From contig SXHN01000035.1 of assembly GCA_005773635.1 (NCBI GenBank), positions 11,594 through 75,593 of the forward strand: a stretch of DNA of 64,000 nt, written 5' to 3'. Position 1 is the stretch's first letter; the number at the start of each line of letters is the position of its first letter. The position numbers were made by a program, and so were the translations under genes. Shown here piece by piece: positions 52,795 to 63,133 of this stretch. This DNA comes from Actinomycetota bacterium. GTDB taxonomy: Bacteria; Actinomycetota; Acidimicrobiia; IMCC26256; PALSA-610. Under the pieces are notes generated by a model. The model was not told the DNA's origin. It did not search any database and saw only the letters and a list, made by a program, of their open reading frames with translations.

Positions 52795-53184
52795 ATGACT
52801 CACAACGTTGTTCACTTTGCCATACACGCGGATGATGTTGAGCGTGCTCGAGGCTTCTACGAAGCTGTCTTCGGTTGGCGCTTCGAAGCGTGGGGGCCGC
52901 CGGGCTTCTACAACATCGTCACAGGCACCGAGGCAAGCCCAGGAATTCATGGCGCACTCCACCAGCGAGACGAAACACTCACCGGCACAGGAACGCGCGG
53001 CTACACCTGCACAGTTGCAGTCGATGACCTTGACGCGATCAGGCGCATGGTCGTAGCGAATGGCGGGACGATCGTGTACGAAGAAATCGAGATCCCCACA
53101 GTGGGAACGCTGACGCATTTCGTCGACACTGAAGGCAACGAACTCGCAGCGATGAAGTACACGCGGCCGATGTTCGGCGCGTAA
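52795..53184 (+). CDS. VOC/glyoxalase-family protein
   Basis: 129 aa with VVHFAIHADDVERARGFYEAVFGWRF and HFVDTEGNELA. Confidence 0.75.
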   Translation: MTHNVVHFAIHADDVERARGFYEAVFGWRFEAWGPPGFYNIVTGTEASPGIHGALHQRDETLTGTGTRGYTCTVAVDDLDAIRRMVVANGGTIVYEEIEIPTVGTLTHFVDTEGNELAAMKYTRPMFGA

Positions 53185-53297
53185 CCGAAGAGCTACGAAA
53201 CCAATAACCGAATTTCGCCTAGAGGTCCAAACGAAACTGCCGCTGGTTCTGAATGCGTTCCAGACAACCTAGACACTGAGCAGTTATGTTGCGTTCG

Positions 53298-54323
53298 TCA
53301 TGTTGCGGACAGCCGTAGCAGGCGTCGGGCATTGGCATCAAATACCACAGCTAGTTCGGAGTCGCCGTGCGACGGATCGCGGCTTTGATCCCAGCCGGCC
53401 AGGTTCGTACCCGCAACCAGATGGTCGGGGCCGAACGCGTCCAACAACGCGTTCAGCGCCTTTGGCCCGCCGACGTGTGCATCCCACCAAAACCGCTTGA
53501 GTCGCTGACCCACGGCGCCTTCGTCGCGTAACCATTCTGGTGACCACGGCCGCGTTCGCGCCGCGTGTTCGAGCCGTTCGGCCAACCACGCGGTTGCACC
53601 GCCGCCGTGCGAAACGCAAATGTCGAGCGCCGGGTGCCGCTCCAACACACCACCCAATACCAGCGTCGATACCGCAAGAGTTTCTTCGTATAAGAAACCG
53701 AGCCACAAGTCGCCGTCGAAACGCGCGAGCCGCTCATCACGGCGCGGTGAATCAATGCCATCGGGTGCAGGATGAATGAACAGCGGAACATCAAGCTCGA
53801 CACAAGTCGCATACACCATGTCAAGGCTTGCATCGTCAAGAGGCACGCCAAGATCCGTCCCGATGTAGGGAGCAAGCAATCCGAGTTCGTTGACAGATCG
53901 GCGAAGTTCAATTGCCGCGGCCTCAGGATCCTGCATAGGTAGTTGCGCGAATCCTGCGAGCCGTGTCGGCGCTGTTGCGACAACGGCAGCGAGTTCGTCG
54001 TTGTGGCGTTGACAAAAGGCGATCGCCCATTCCGATTCGATGTGCGAGAAATATGTGAGCGGGTTCGGTGACAGCACTTGTAGCTCAATGCCGTGGTCGT
54101 CCATCATCGCGATACGAAGCGCGACATCCATGAACGCGGAGTTGCGATAGCGCACGCCGGTAAGCGTGTACCCGCCAACCCGGTAACACGGCAACCGCCC
54201 AGTGGTCTCGTCACCTTCGTCGAGATCGGGCCCGTACGGACCGGCCGCGCCGAGGGTGCTTTCCAGCACTACGTGCGCATGCAGATCGATCACTTCCCGA
54301 ACACGACCGGGTACGTTCCCCAA
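53298..54323 (-). CDS. Amidohydrolase-2 (ACMSD-like) family protein
   Basis: VIDLHAHVV, FIHP and CVSHGGG metal-ligand pattern. Confidence 0.7.
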   Translation of the reverse strand: MGNVPGRVREVIDLHAHVVLESTLGAAGPYGPDLDEGDETTGRLPCYRVGGYTLTGVRYRNSAFMDVALRIAMMDDHGIELQVLSPNPLTYFSHIESEWAIAFCQRHNDELAAVVATAPTRLAGFAQLPMQDPEAAAIELRRSVNELGLLAPYIGTDLGVPLDDASLDMVYATCVELDVPLFIHPAPDGIDSPRRDERLARFDGDLWLGFLYEETLAVSTLVLGGVLERHPALDICVSHGGGATAWLAERLEHAARTRPWSPEWLRDEGAVGQRLKRFWWDAHVGGPKALNALLDAFGPDHLVAGTNLAGWDQSRDPSHGDSELAVVFDANARRLLRLSAT

Positions 54324-55501
54324 TAACTACGGGTGTTATTTGGGTCTAGCTGTGCGGGATTCATCGGATCGGGTCGACCGTTCGCGGCGATTACCGCGTT
54401 TACAGCAACCGGAACAAGGCCGTAAAGATGATCATCCGCATTGACACCGCCGAGCGAGTCCATTCCTGCGGCGAGGTCTTGGCCGATGCATGCATGCATG
54501 CCGAGACCAAAGCTCAATCCCCACCTCCAAACGCCTGCGGGCAATTCACGATTGGGGTCGAACGCGTCGGGATCATCACCAAACACGGCTTGTTCGCGGT
54601 TTGCAGTGTTGAGATCGATTTCGACTTTGTCGCCCTTGCGCACCAATGTGCCATTAGCAAGTTCGATATCTGCCAACGCCCATCGCAACGCCACGGGGCT
54701 CGATGGTTGCAATCGAATCGTTTCGTGAGTGCACCGCTGCAAAAACGCGAGGTCGCTCTGAGCATCGGCGAGCGATTCGGGGTGAGCCTCAGTGTACGTA
54801 AATACGTTGTGCAGCGTACGGACGAACGCGGTCGCCGACGTGTGTGCGCCCGCGAGCAGATAAAAACACGTCTCGCGCAAAACCACATCCGAAGGCAACT
54901 CAAGCTTGTCCTGATTGCGCAGCAAGATCGTCAGCACATCGCGAGGTAGATCTGCTTCTTCGATCTCACCAGCTTCGAAACGACTGATTTCGCTTCGCCG
55001 CCGCGCAATTGATGGCTGCAAGAACTCGGCGTCGAAGGCACGTAACGCTGCAGCAACCTCTTCACGCTTCGCCTCTTTGTTGCCAGCGAAGTGTGCGAGG
55101 GTCGCACCTTCGATGAACAGCATGAGATACGAATACAGGTCGAAGGTTTCTTGTGGCGTTCCTAACGGCCTGTCAACGCCGGCGGTGAGCGCGGCGAGGT
55201 TCATCATCATCTGGTGACTCAATGTCACGAGTTCCGCATGGCCCTCGGCAACGTACGGCGCCAACGTCGACTGAACAACCGGAGGAAACAGTTCACGCTC
55301 GTACCAGGAGTGTGTATCGCGACGGAACAGACGATTCTCCAGACGACGTCGAGCGCGATGCTCATCGCCATGCAAGTTCACGAGCACGTCTGCCATCACG
55401 ACATCACCATCGTCGTAGAGCGCTTGGCGCAAATCCTTTTGCCGAAATACCTCACGAGCATCTTCGTACGTGGAAATCGTGATTACATTCGATTCACTCA
55501 T
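54290..55501 (-). CDS. Cytochrome P450
   Basis: The heme loop FGLGMHACIGQDLA, the ETIRL (ExxR) motif and AGAHTSAT (I-helix) are present. The start at ATG 55501 is preceded by GAAGGTGAG. Confidence 0.9.
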   Translation of the reverse strand: MSESNVITISTYEDAREVFRQKDLRQALYDDGDVVMADVLVNLHGDEHRARRRLENRLFRRDTHSWYERELFPPVVQSTLAPYVAEGHAELVTLSHQMMMNLAALTAGVDRPLGTPQETFDLYSYLMLFIEGATLAHFAGNKEAKREEVAAALRAFDAEFLQPSIARRRSEISRFEAGEIEEADLPRDVLTILLRNQDKLELPSDVVLRETCFYLLAGAHTSATAFVRTLHNVFTYTEAHPESLADAQSDLAFLQRCTHETIRLQPSSPVALRWALADIELANGTLVRKGDKVEIDLNTANREQAVFGDDPDAFDPNRELPAGVWRWGLSFGLGMHACIGQDLAAGMDSLGGVNADDHLYGLVPVAVNAVIAANGRPDPMNPAQLDPNNTRSYWGTYPVVFGK

Positions 55502-56300
55502 AGAGCTCACCTTCTTCTCCATTCGCGCGCGGCGCGATGTTCGTGACACCAAGTCCGAGACCGCCGTCAACTGTCAACACGGCGCCCGTTGTCCACTGCG
55601 CTAGTGCAAGGTATTCAATCGCTTCAGCAACTTCGCTACCCGTTCCTACCCGGCCCAACGCATGGCTACTCGCAAGACGCTGCAGATAGTCGGCAGCAGT
55701 TTCGGTGGTGGCGACACCCGCCCGTTCGTTGATTTCGGTGAGTACAGCTCCCGGTCGCACGCACCCCACACGAATACCTCGTGGTCCGAGTTCGGCCGCA
55801 AGTACACCGGTAAGCGATTCAACTGCGCCCTTCGTCGCCGCGTACGCCGCCACGCCAGGAAACGCTCGCTGGGTGTGCACGCTGCCAAGAAACACGACAC
55901 ACCCCTTAGATACGCCAAGGGCGGCACTGGCCAACCCGGTGAGGAGCATCGGTGCGATCACATTGGTCGTGAACAGATCCACAAGTTCCGGCTCAACCAG
56001 TGTTTCGATCGCTCCGCGATAGATGTTGGCCGCGTTATTGACAAGGAGATCGAGTTTGTCTCCCCCATGTTGAATCGCAGCACTCAAGATTCGTTCGCGG
56101 TCATCGTGGTTGGTTACGTCGCCCACCACACCCAGGCACGCCGAGCCAAGATCCGCGACAACGGCATCGATCTTGTGAGCTCGCCGACCACAAATGGTGA
56201 CGCGTGCACCACCCGCGACGAAATAGCGCGCGGTGGCTTCGCCGATCCCCGACCCGCCGCCAGTAATCAATACCGACATTCCCGCAATAGTCCCAACCAT
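55494..56300 (-). CDS. SDR-family oxidoreductase
   Basis: SVLITGGGSGIGEA, NNAA and YAATKGAVESL are present. The ATG shares one nt with the ThuA gene stop. Confidence 0.85.
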   Translation of the reverse strand: MVGTIAGMSVLITGGGSGIGEATARYFVAGGARVTICGRRAHKIDAVVADLGSACLGVVGDVTNHDDRERILSAAIQHGGDKLDLLVNNAANIYRGAIETLVEPELVDLFTTNVIAPMLLTGLASAALGVSKGCVVFLGSVHTQRAFPGVAAYAATKGAVESLTGVLAAELGPRGIRVGCVRPGAVLTEINERAGVATTETAADYLQRLASSHALGRVGTGSEVAEAIEYLALAQWTTGAVLTVDGGLGLGVTNIAPRANGEEGELYE

Positions 56301-57019
56301 CAGCGGTCTCCCGTTGCCCACGCCGCCGCGCGTCGCAGAATCGCGCGGTGCGTTGCATGCGTCAGTGACTCCACACCATGACCGAGTAAGTCGGTTACCA
56401 CCCGACCATCGCCAACTGCGCGTGCCCACAACAGTGGATGATCTCGGCCACCATGAGTGCCAGTTAGCAACGCCACGAGACCGTCGGATTCATCAAGAAA
56501 TCCGTACACCTCATCGTGAACGTCGAATGGCCCCACGCCTGCAGTAATCGGGTGCTCCGCGGATGCCGGCAAACAGGACACACGCACCCAGCCAACTTCC
56601 GGATGCAACGATCGATCCCAGTTCCATGTCGCGCCCGTGAGCTCGTGCCATAGGGGGTCAGCGTCGAAACAGATCACCGCGGTGTGCAGTGCTAACAAAC
56701 CTCCGCCGCCGCGAACATACGTGTCCAACAACGCGATGTCGAGCGGATCAACGACATAGCGCCATTCGGCGCGCTGCGCTTCGTAGCGTTGAGCTTCCAT
56801 GCGCCATCGCAACGCGTTGACCGTTACGAGATCCCACGGTGCACATTTGCCCGAAGTGCCGTCTCGCAATTGGGCAAAAAACGCACGGGGCTCGTGTTCG
56901 ATCGTCGTCGTGATCCACGGCGATCCGGTATCACGCTGCGCCAGCAAACCCGCGAGCTCCTGCGACGTTGCGGCGAAATCGTGAGTAGGCCCGCCCGACA
57001 ACAGCAAGTTGTTGATCAA
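56300..57019 (-). CDS. ThuA-domain protein
   Basis: 239 aa with GGGLLALHTA, HPIT.G, DEVY and LLWAR, a pattern like trehalose-utilisation ThuA/class-I glutamine-amidotransferase-like proteins. Confidence 0.55.
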   Translation of the reverse strand: MINNLLLSGGPTHDFAATSQELAGLLAQRDTGSPWITTTIEHEPRAFFAQLRDGTSGKCAPWDLVTVNALRWRMEAQRYEAQRAEWRYVVDPLDIALLDTYVRGGGGLLALHTAVICFDADPLWHELTGATWNWDRSLHPEVGWVRVSCLPASAEHPITAGVGPFDVHDEVYGFLDESDGLVALLTGTHGGRDHPLLWARAVGDGRVVTDLLGHGVESLTHATHRAILRRAAAWATGDR

Positions 57020-57831
57020 CGATCGCCAGTTCCGACAGTGTCGACCGATAGCGGGCGAGGCAGCGTGGCGATCACGCTCATCGTCACTCCACCATCAACA
57101 AGCAACTCGGTACCAGTGATGTACGCGGCTTCATCCGACAACAGAAATAACACCGCTCCTGCTACATCGCCCGCGGTGCCAAGGCGGCCAAGTGGCACAC
57201 GCTGCGCACGACGCTCGCGGATATCGGGATCGCTGTAGATCGGCTCCGACATCCCAGCGTCGATGAGGCCAGGAGCAACCGCATTGACCCGAATACCGAA
57301 CTGGCCCCATTCCAAGGCCATCTGCTGCGTGAGCCGGGCAATGGCAGCTTTCGTCGCACCGTAGGCGCCGGCATTGGGCCCAGGTGCGACGCCATTCATT
57401 GAAGTGATCGCGACGATCGAACCTGCCTGCTGCTCAGCGACCATTCGGCGAGCAACAGATCGCGCAGCGACGAACGTTCCAGTGAGATTCACATTGGTAA
57501 CAGTTCGCCAATCGGCAACCGAAATGTCAAGCAACGGACCAAACCGAACGATGCCCGCGTTGCACACCAACGCAACCGGCGCTGTGCAGCCCGCGGCCTC
57601 GCCAAACCGATCCAACGCGATGTTCATGGCGGTTTCATCGGTCGTGTCGGCCACCAGCGCTACCGCGGCCGATCCAATCGCCGCGGCGCGACTCTCAGCC
57701 GCTTCGGCATCCGCATCCAGTACACCGACGAACCAGCCAGAACGGGCAGCGGCGGTAGCGATTTCGGCACCGAGACCGTTGCCCGCCCCGGTCACGATCA
57801 CGGTGGGGCGAGATTCGCCCACAGCGCTCAT
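57016..57831 (-). CDS. SDR-family oxidoreductase
   Basis: VIVTGAGNGLGAEIA, NAG and YGATKAAIARL are present. An ATGA overlap joins it to the upstream amidohydrolase. Confidence 0.85.
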   Translation of the reverse strand: MSAVGESRPTVIVTGAGNGLGAEIATAAARSGWFVGVLDADAEAAESRAAAIGSAAVALVADTTDETAMNIALDRFGEAAGCTAPVALVCNAGIVRFGPLLDISVADWRTVTNVNLTGTFVAARSVARRMVAEQQAGSIVAITSMNGVAPGPNAGAYGATKAAIARLTQQMALEWGQFGIRVNAVAPGLIDAGMSEPIYSDPDIRERRAQRVPLGRLGTAGDVAGAVLFLLSDEAAYITGTELLVDGGVTMSVIATLPRPLSVDTVGTGDR

Positions 57832-59165
57832 GGATGCACAACATCCCACGTGAGCGGCCTCGTCGACCACATGCCTAGCTTCTCACCCGGCAATGGGTTT
57901 CGCGTAGGCCATGGACGATTCAAATCAACTTCAACGCCTCGACAGAACACGTTGCGCAAACGAGCGCGGTCCTGAAGCACCGTGACATCTTGAGATGGGT
58001 CACCCTCGATCACAATGATGTCGGCGGCGGCACCGGCGGCGATAACTCCAATGGAGTCATCGGGTTGTTGGAGCGCGAACGCCCCGTTGCGAGTCGCGCA
58101 ACTGATGGCTTGCAACGGCGTCAGGCCAAGGGCTGCAACAAACACCTCAAGTTCGCGTGCATGCCAGTGCCCGTATGGAGTGAGCGAGAAGCCACTTTCC
58201 GAGCCACACAACAAACGCACACCCGCGTCGTACGCCCTGCGAAGCATCGCCGCGGTCGCAGCAATTTCGCCGCGGAAAATATCGACTTGATGAGTGGCTG
58301 CTCCCACCTTCGCACCATGATCCGCCAGGTTCGCGAGAAACGTGAATGTGGGAGCAATCGCAGCACCCGATTCGACTACGGCTTCCAACGCAACATCATC
58401 AATGAAGCTCGCATGCAAAATGAGATCCACTCCAGCTTGCGCGGCAAGCAGAGTCGACGTCGCGTTGCGGCAATGCGCGATGGTTGGCGTTTCGAGATCG
58501 TGCGCGGTATCGACGACGGCACGCAGTTCATCGAGAGTCCAGACGGTGAGTTCACCAGCACGGTTGGGCACCGACCCTGTGGCATGAATCTTTATCCAAT
58601 CCGCCCCGTATTTCACCTGTTGGCGGGTGGTGCGCACCATCTCATCGCGGTCGCGCATCACATGCGCATATCCGAGTTGTCCGTCATCGGGGATCAACCG
58701 GCCCGCAGTACCGCCTGCTGCGGTGAGCAGGGCGTTCATCCCCGAGGTCATGCGAGGCCCTTCGACCATGCCGGCATCGATCGCGTCTCGCAGAGCTGGG
58801 CCAAGGTTGAAGATGCAATCGGCGTCGAGAAAACCCGTCACGCCCGCGCGCAACAATTTCTGCACGTTGAAGGCAGCAAGCAACATTGCAGTCGATGCCT
58901 CGCGATGAAAAAACAACTCATCGTTACTTGCCGGTTCACCAAATGTGATGTGGCAGTGAGCATCGATGAGCCCCGGCATGACCGTCAAACCCGTCACGTC
59001 AATCACCGTGGTTGTGGCGTCTGAACCAAGTTCCAGATCACTTGTCGATGAAGGCGCCACCGACACGATCCGGTCGCCTTCGATCACGACGTCGGCGTTC
59101 GGCATCACCGCGGCGCCGGTGCCATCGATCACAGCGCCGTTGCGCAGCAATACGCGAGTGTTCAT
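57828..59165 (-). CDS. Metal-dependent amidohydrolase (imidazolonepropionase/dihydroorotase superfamily)
   Basis: PGLIDAHCHITFG, IKIHATG, and downstream H and D ligands are present. Confidence 0.8.
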   Translation of the reverse strand: MNTRVLLRNGAVIDGTGAAVMPNADVVIEGDRIVSVAPSSTSDLELGSDATTTVIDVTGLTVMPGLIDAHCHITFGEPASNDELFFHREASTAMLLAAFNVQKLLRAGVTGFLDADCIFNLGPALRDAIDAGMVEGPRMTSGMNALLTAAGGTAGRLIPDDGQLGYAHVMRDRDEMVRTTRQQVKYGADWIKIHATGSVPNRAGELTVWTLDELRAVVDTAHDLETPTIAHCRNATSTLLAAQAGVDLILHASFIDDVALEAVVESGAAIAPTFTFLANLADHGAKVGAATHQVDIFRGEIAATAAMLRRAYDAGVRLLCGSESGFSLTPYGHWHARELEVFVAALGLTPLQAISCATRNGAFALQQPDDSIGVIAAGAAADIIVIEGDPSQDVTVLQDRARLRNVFCRGVEVDLNRPWPTRNPLPGEKLGMWSTRPLTWDVVHP

Positions 59166-60409
59166 TCGGTTTCGACAAACCGATCGAGAGCGTCCGACAC
59201 TGCGGAACCCGCAGGCAATCGATCAACACCTATTGCAAGATCGACTGCGCGTTGGAAGTTATGAATGAGGCGTTCGTGCCAGCCGATCTGAAACGGCTGT
59301 GCTCCGGGCGATTCGATCGATGCTTGAATCGGCGCCATGTTTGCAGTGTCTTGCGCCATCACGGTGTCGAAAAGGGCAAGGCGGTCGAGGTGTTCTTGCG
59401 GCACCTCATCGCCTTCCCAAGCGGGTGCGAACCACTGCAGTTCCAGTTCCATGTGCGAAGTATCGACTGGCCACATGCACAAAAACGTAAACGCTCCGGT
59501 GTCCATAGGCACAACCAAATTCGGAAAGATGCCGAACGAGGTAGAAGTCTGACGCCAAATCAACGGCACTGACGGGTTGTCATGCTCATCCGACACCATC
59601 GCGAAGTCGCGAAGCGCTTCATACTTCTCAGTCGTCAATCGACTGTGACCGTTGGGAAGCATGCTCACCGTCACGGAGCGATCGTCGTAGAGCAACGCGG
59701 CGTTGTCGGGGTGCACAGTGCGCACGTGGTACACCTCAAGAAACGCATCAACCATGAGCTTCCAGTTCGCTGAAATGCGGTGAGTCTGTGTGCCGACGCG
59801 GCGCAACGCGGGGCCATTGATCTCTTTCATCTGGTCGCATATCGGTCCGAGAAACTCAGTGAGCGGTGCAGCGTTCGTAGCTTCGTTAACGAACACCCAG
59901 CCTTCCCACACTTCGCACCGCACCGGGACAAGCGCAAGCGCGTCGGTGTCGAGTTCTGCAAAGCTCCGAGCATCCGGAACCGCTTTGAGTTGACCTTCAG
60001 TGTCGTAGGACCACGAGTGATACTGACACGTAAGTCGTTTCGCCACACCGCATTCGTCGCGCGTGACGGGGGCACCGCGATGTCGACAAGCGTTGTAAAA
60101 GGCCCGCAAAACATCGTCTTTCCCGCGCACGATCACAATCGGCGCACCGGAACGACTGAATAACCGATAGGCACCATGTTGTGGCCATTCGGATTCGTGG
60201 CCAACGAATAGCCACGTGCGATGAAACACGCGTTCCATTTCCAACGCGAAGAACTCAGGGTCTGTGTAACGGCTTGTCGGGATGAGCGGCACTGGAATCG
60301 AATCTTGCGATGGACCAGTGCGAGCCTTTTCTATTTCGATGCGCTCACGAATAGTGCGTTCCAGGGTTGCGTCCATGAGCTTTCCTACATCCGATCCAGA
60401 TTGTGCCAC
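59162..60409 (-). CDS. Rieske (2Fe-2S) aromatic-ring-hydroxylating oxygenase, alpha subunit
   Basis: The Rieske motif CRHRGAPV...CQYHSWSY and a mononuclear-iron region (EVYHVRTVHP) are present. Confidence 0.85.
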   Translation of the reverse strand: MAQSGSDVGKLMDATLERTIRERIEIEKARTGPSQDSIPVPLIPTSRYTDPEFFALEMERVFHRTWLFVGHESEWPQHGAYRLFSRSGAPIVIVRGKDDVLRAFYNACRHRGAPVTRDECGVAKRLTCQYHSWSYDTEGQLKAVPDARSFAELDTDALALVPVRCEVWEGWVFVNEATNAAPLTEFLGPICDQMKEINGPALRRVGTQTHRISANWKLMVDAFLEVYHVRTVHPDNAALLYDDRSVTVSMLPNGHSRLTTEKYEALRDFAMVSDEHDNPSVPLIWRQTSTSFGIFPNLVVPMDTGAFTFLCMWPVDTSHMELELQWFAPAWEGDEVPQEHLDRLALFDTVMAQDTANMAPIQASIESPGAQPFQIGWHERLIHNFQRAVDLAIGVDRLPAGSAVSDALDRFVETE

Positions 60410-61242
60410 GGCGACACGACAAGTTCGATCGCGTCACGAAATACGACAACGTGAGCGGGTACCGGGTCCACGAGTTGGGCCCACGGCGTTTCGTCGGTGA
60501 ACACGGCGCCGTCGCCAGGCAGCACAAGTTGAGTCGGAAACGCCATGCCCTTGTCGTAGAACGTTCGATCGCAAATGCCGTTACCCCAATAGATGTAATC
60601 GTTCGCGGTTACGAATTCCGGCGCAGGGGCGACCGTGCTGCCATCATCTGGGTTCGGCATGGTGACCGTCGCGGCAAAACTGCTGCCCGCCTCGCCAACC
60701 ATCGTGGTCACCACATCGCCGACACGAGTGTGTTCAACCCGAGACGAACGAGTGATCACATCAACGGGATCCATCGAACCTTTCGATGAACGCGCATCGA
60801 CCACCATGTAGCGCGGCGCGCCCTGCGCATCCGCCACGTACATCGACCATTCGGCCCGTATGCCTTTCGCTAATCCAGACACCCGGTACACATTCAGGGT
60901 AAGCAGATGTGCAGGGTCGTCGTCGACTGTGCAACGCATCGGCGTCGACTCGAAACCCGCGGGCAATCCAAGACGACTTCCAAGACCGGCGACCACCTCG
61001 GGCTTCAGCCGAAATACCCAGTAAATCGATGGCGGGTCGGCCTCGACGGTGAAACGAACGTACGGCTTCTCTTTGCCAATCGCGATCAACAAACCCTGCA
61101 TGAATGCCATCTGACCGTACAAAAAGCGCTTTAGAGCCTTGCGACCAAAGCGACCCAAGGGCGTGAGGGGTTTTGCCAGCGCGGCTGCTTCGGGCGACCC
61201 TGCGCCCGCTACTTTACGTCGTTTAGTAAACACTGTTAACAT
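60385..61242 (-). CDS. Hypothetical protein (first gene of the oxidative operon)
   Basis: About 285 aa from ATG 61242, with coding-like composition. I recognise no family confidently. Confidence 0.5.
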   Translation of the reverse strand: MLTVFTKRRKVAGAGSPEAAALAKPLTPLGRFGRKALKRFLYGQMAFMQGLLIAIGKEKPYVRFTVEADPPSIYWVFRLKPEVVAGLGSRLGLPAGFESTPMRCTVDDDPAHLLTLNVYRVSGLAKGIRAEWSMYVADAQGAPRYMVVDARSSKGSMDPVDVITRSSRVEHTRVGDVVTTMVGEAGSSFAATVTMPNPDDGSTVAPAPEFVTANDYIYWGNGICDRTFYDKGMAFPTQLVLPGDGAVFTDETPWAQLVDPVPAHVVVFRDAIELVVSPWHNLDRM

Positions 61243-61286
61243 GCTATCCACCTCGCCGTTACGCGTGCACACCTCGAAGGAGAAAC

Positions 61287-63002
61287 ATGCCAGTTCCCGG
61301 TACGCTCACGACTGCTCCCCAGGTTGACTTCGAGCTAGAAGTTGTCGCAGGCCAATGGCCGTCCGACATCAGCGGCGAGATGGTGTTTTCTAGCCCGAAC
61401 AACAGCCGCAAGCTCAACGCGGCGATCTTCGATTGGGGCGCGATTGTTCGATTGTCGCTCGAACCGGGCGGCCGCGGCGCGGCACCGCAGCACTTCGCGT
61501 GGCAAACAAGGACCATTCAAACGCCGGGCAAACGCCTCTTCGATCTTCACCCAGAACTGTTTCATGGCACCCCGACTGGATACCAGTCACCGTTCGGCCC
61601 ATCCAACGCGTCGAATACCGCGCCACTGCCGTGGGGTAACCGTCTCTACACAACCTGGGATGCCGGGCGACCAGTGGAGTTGAACCCCGAGACGCTGGAG
61701 TTCGTGGGCGAAGTCGGTCACCTCGACAGTTGGGGCGGATCTTCAATGGAAACCGCGGGAGTAATGCCGTTTCTGTTTTCGTCGGCGCACCCGGTCGTGG
61801 ATCCAGAACGCAACTGTTTATGGACAGTGAAGATGGATTTCGTCATGGAACCGTCGTTCGGATTGCGACCCGCGGTCGTGCGATACGACCCCGACGGCAC
61901 AACAGTGAAGTACTGGCCGCTTGACGGCATCGTGTTCGGGAGCTCGATCCACACGGTCAGCCAGACCCGAAACTGGGTGATCCTCGCCGACTCCGGCAAC
62001 TTCAAAGCCGACCCCAACGAAGTATTCGGAGGGGAACGCACCGTAACGATCGACGACGAAGTACCAGTGTGGCTGATTCGCAAAGATCAACTGGACGGAC
62101 TTGCGTCGGGCACGCCGGTCAAGCCCGTACCGTTCATGATGTCACCTTCGGTCGGCCACTACTACGCGCGTTGGGACGACACCGATGGAGTGTCCGTGGT
62201 GTGGGAAGGCATGGACCTCATGGACCTCGGCCAGTACCTCAAGGCCAGCGATCTCGACGTGAACGGCAAACCGATCGACCCCGATCTCGTCGGTCTGTAC
62301 AACATGGCGATGGCACCCGAAACAATCGTCGAGGTGCAGTTCGACCCCGAGACCGGCAAGGTCACTGAACAAGGCAGCTACAAAGCCGACTGGACGTTCA
62401 ACCTGCAGCTCTCCGCGATCGACTGGAGCACCGAAGGGATGTCCAATCCCACATTGCACCACGTGTCGTATCAGGGCTGTCGCCCCGGCAACATCACCGA
62501 CCGTGCTGCGCGCCTCTACGAGGGACGCATCGATCGTGAACTCGTAGCTCGCGAAACACCGGGAGTACTTGCCACCTTCGAACGCGGAAGTATGGAACTC
62601 AAATCGAAGTGGGAATACTCCGACCTTGGCGATCACATCACATCGCCGACGTTCGCGCCACGCAATGTCGGTGCTGACGCGTCGCTGAGCAGCTACTCCG
62701 GCAACAAGCCCGGCGGTCACGACGGCTATGTAGTGCAACCGGTCCAAAACGACAATGGATTCAGAGTCGAAGTGTTCGACGCGGCCAACGTTGGGGCCGG
62801 TCCGGTGGCGGTGTTGCAGGGCACCAACAAAGAATGCGTGCCGATGGTGCTGCACTCGGCATGGATGCCCGCATACCACGAACTCGCGCCCGCCGAACGG
62901 TTGAAGTTCTCCTCGGAGCTCTCGGAAGCTCGCCTCGCTTCAGTACCAGAAGAGTTACGAACGTCGGTGCATCACGTCGCTGCAGAATGCGACGAAATTT
63001 AG
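61287..63002 (+). CDS. Carotenoid-oxygenase (RPE65/CCD/lignostilbene dioxygenase)-like protein
   Basis: 571 aa, beta-propeller-like, with spaced His-containing blocks (SSAHPVVDP, SIHTVSQTRNWVIL, VGHYYARW, VLHSAWMP). Assigned by overall pattern only. Confidence 0.45.
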   Translation: MPVPGTLTTAPQVDFELEVVAGQWPSDISGEMVFSSPNNSRKLNAAIFDWGAIVRLSLEPGGRGAAPQHFAWQTRTIQTPGKRLFDLHPELFHGTPTGYQSPFGPSNASNTAPLPWGNRLYTTWDAGRPVELNPETLEFVGEVGHLDSWGGSSMETAGVMPFLFSSAHPVVDPERNCLWTVKMDFVMEPSFGLRPAVVRYDPDGTTVKYWPLDGIVFGSSIHTVSQTRNWVILADSGNFKADPNEVFGGERTVTIDDEVPVWLIRKDQLDGLASGTPVKPVPFMMSPSVGHYYARWDDTDGVSVVWEGMDLMDLGQYLKASDLDVNGKPIDPDLVGLYNMAMAPETIVEVQFDPETGKVTEQGSYKADWTFNLQLSAIDWSTEGMSNPTLHHVSYQGCRPGNITDRAARLYEGRIDRELVARETPGVLATFERGSMELKSKWEYSDLGDHITSPTFAPRNVGADASLSSYSGNKPGGHDGYVVQPVQNDNGFRVEVFDAANVGAGPVAVLQGTNKECVPMVLHSAWMPAYHELAPAERLKFSSELSEARLASVPEELRTSVHHVAAECDEI

Positions 63003-63133
63003 AGCACGCAAGCTCTCACATGAGCCTGCCCACATCGATCACACGTCGTCATGCCATCGCAAGGCTCACATTCGCAGCGTGATACTTGCGACGCGGCGCT
63101 CACCGATTCAACGAATAAGAACGGCATCGACCG

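Noticed and set aside
57990-59024. Long antisense ORFs opposite strong genes (for example 57990-59024+, 2260-3063+, 3593-4294+, 4850-5464+, 20883-21473-, 62142-62879-, 47435-48172-)
   Set aside because: These are typical high-GC shadow ORFs. They are Arg/His/Cys-rich, have no recognisable motifs, and each is fully covered by a gene with clear family signatures on the other strand.
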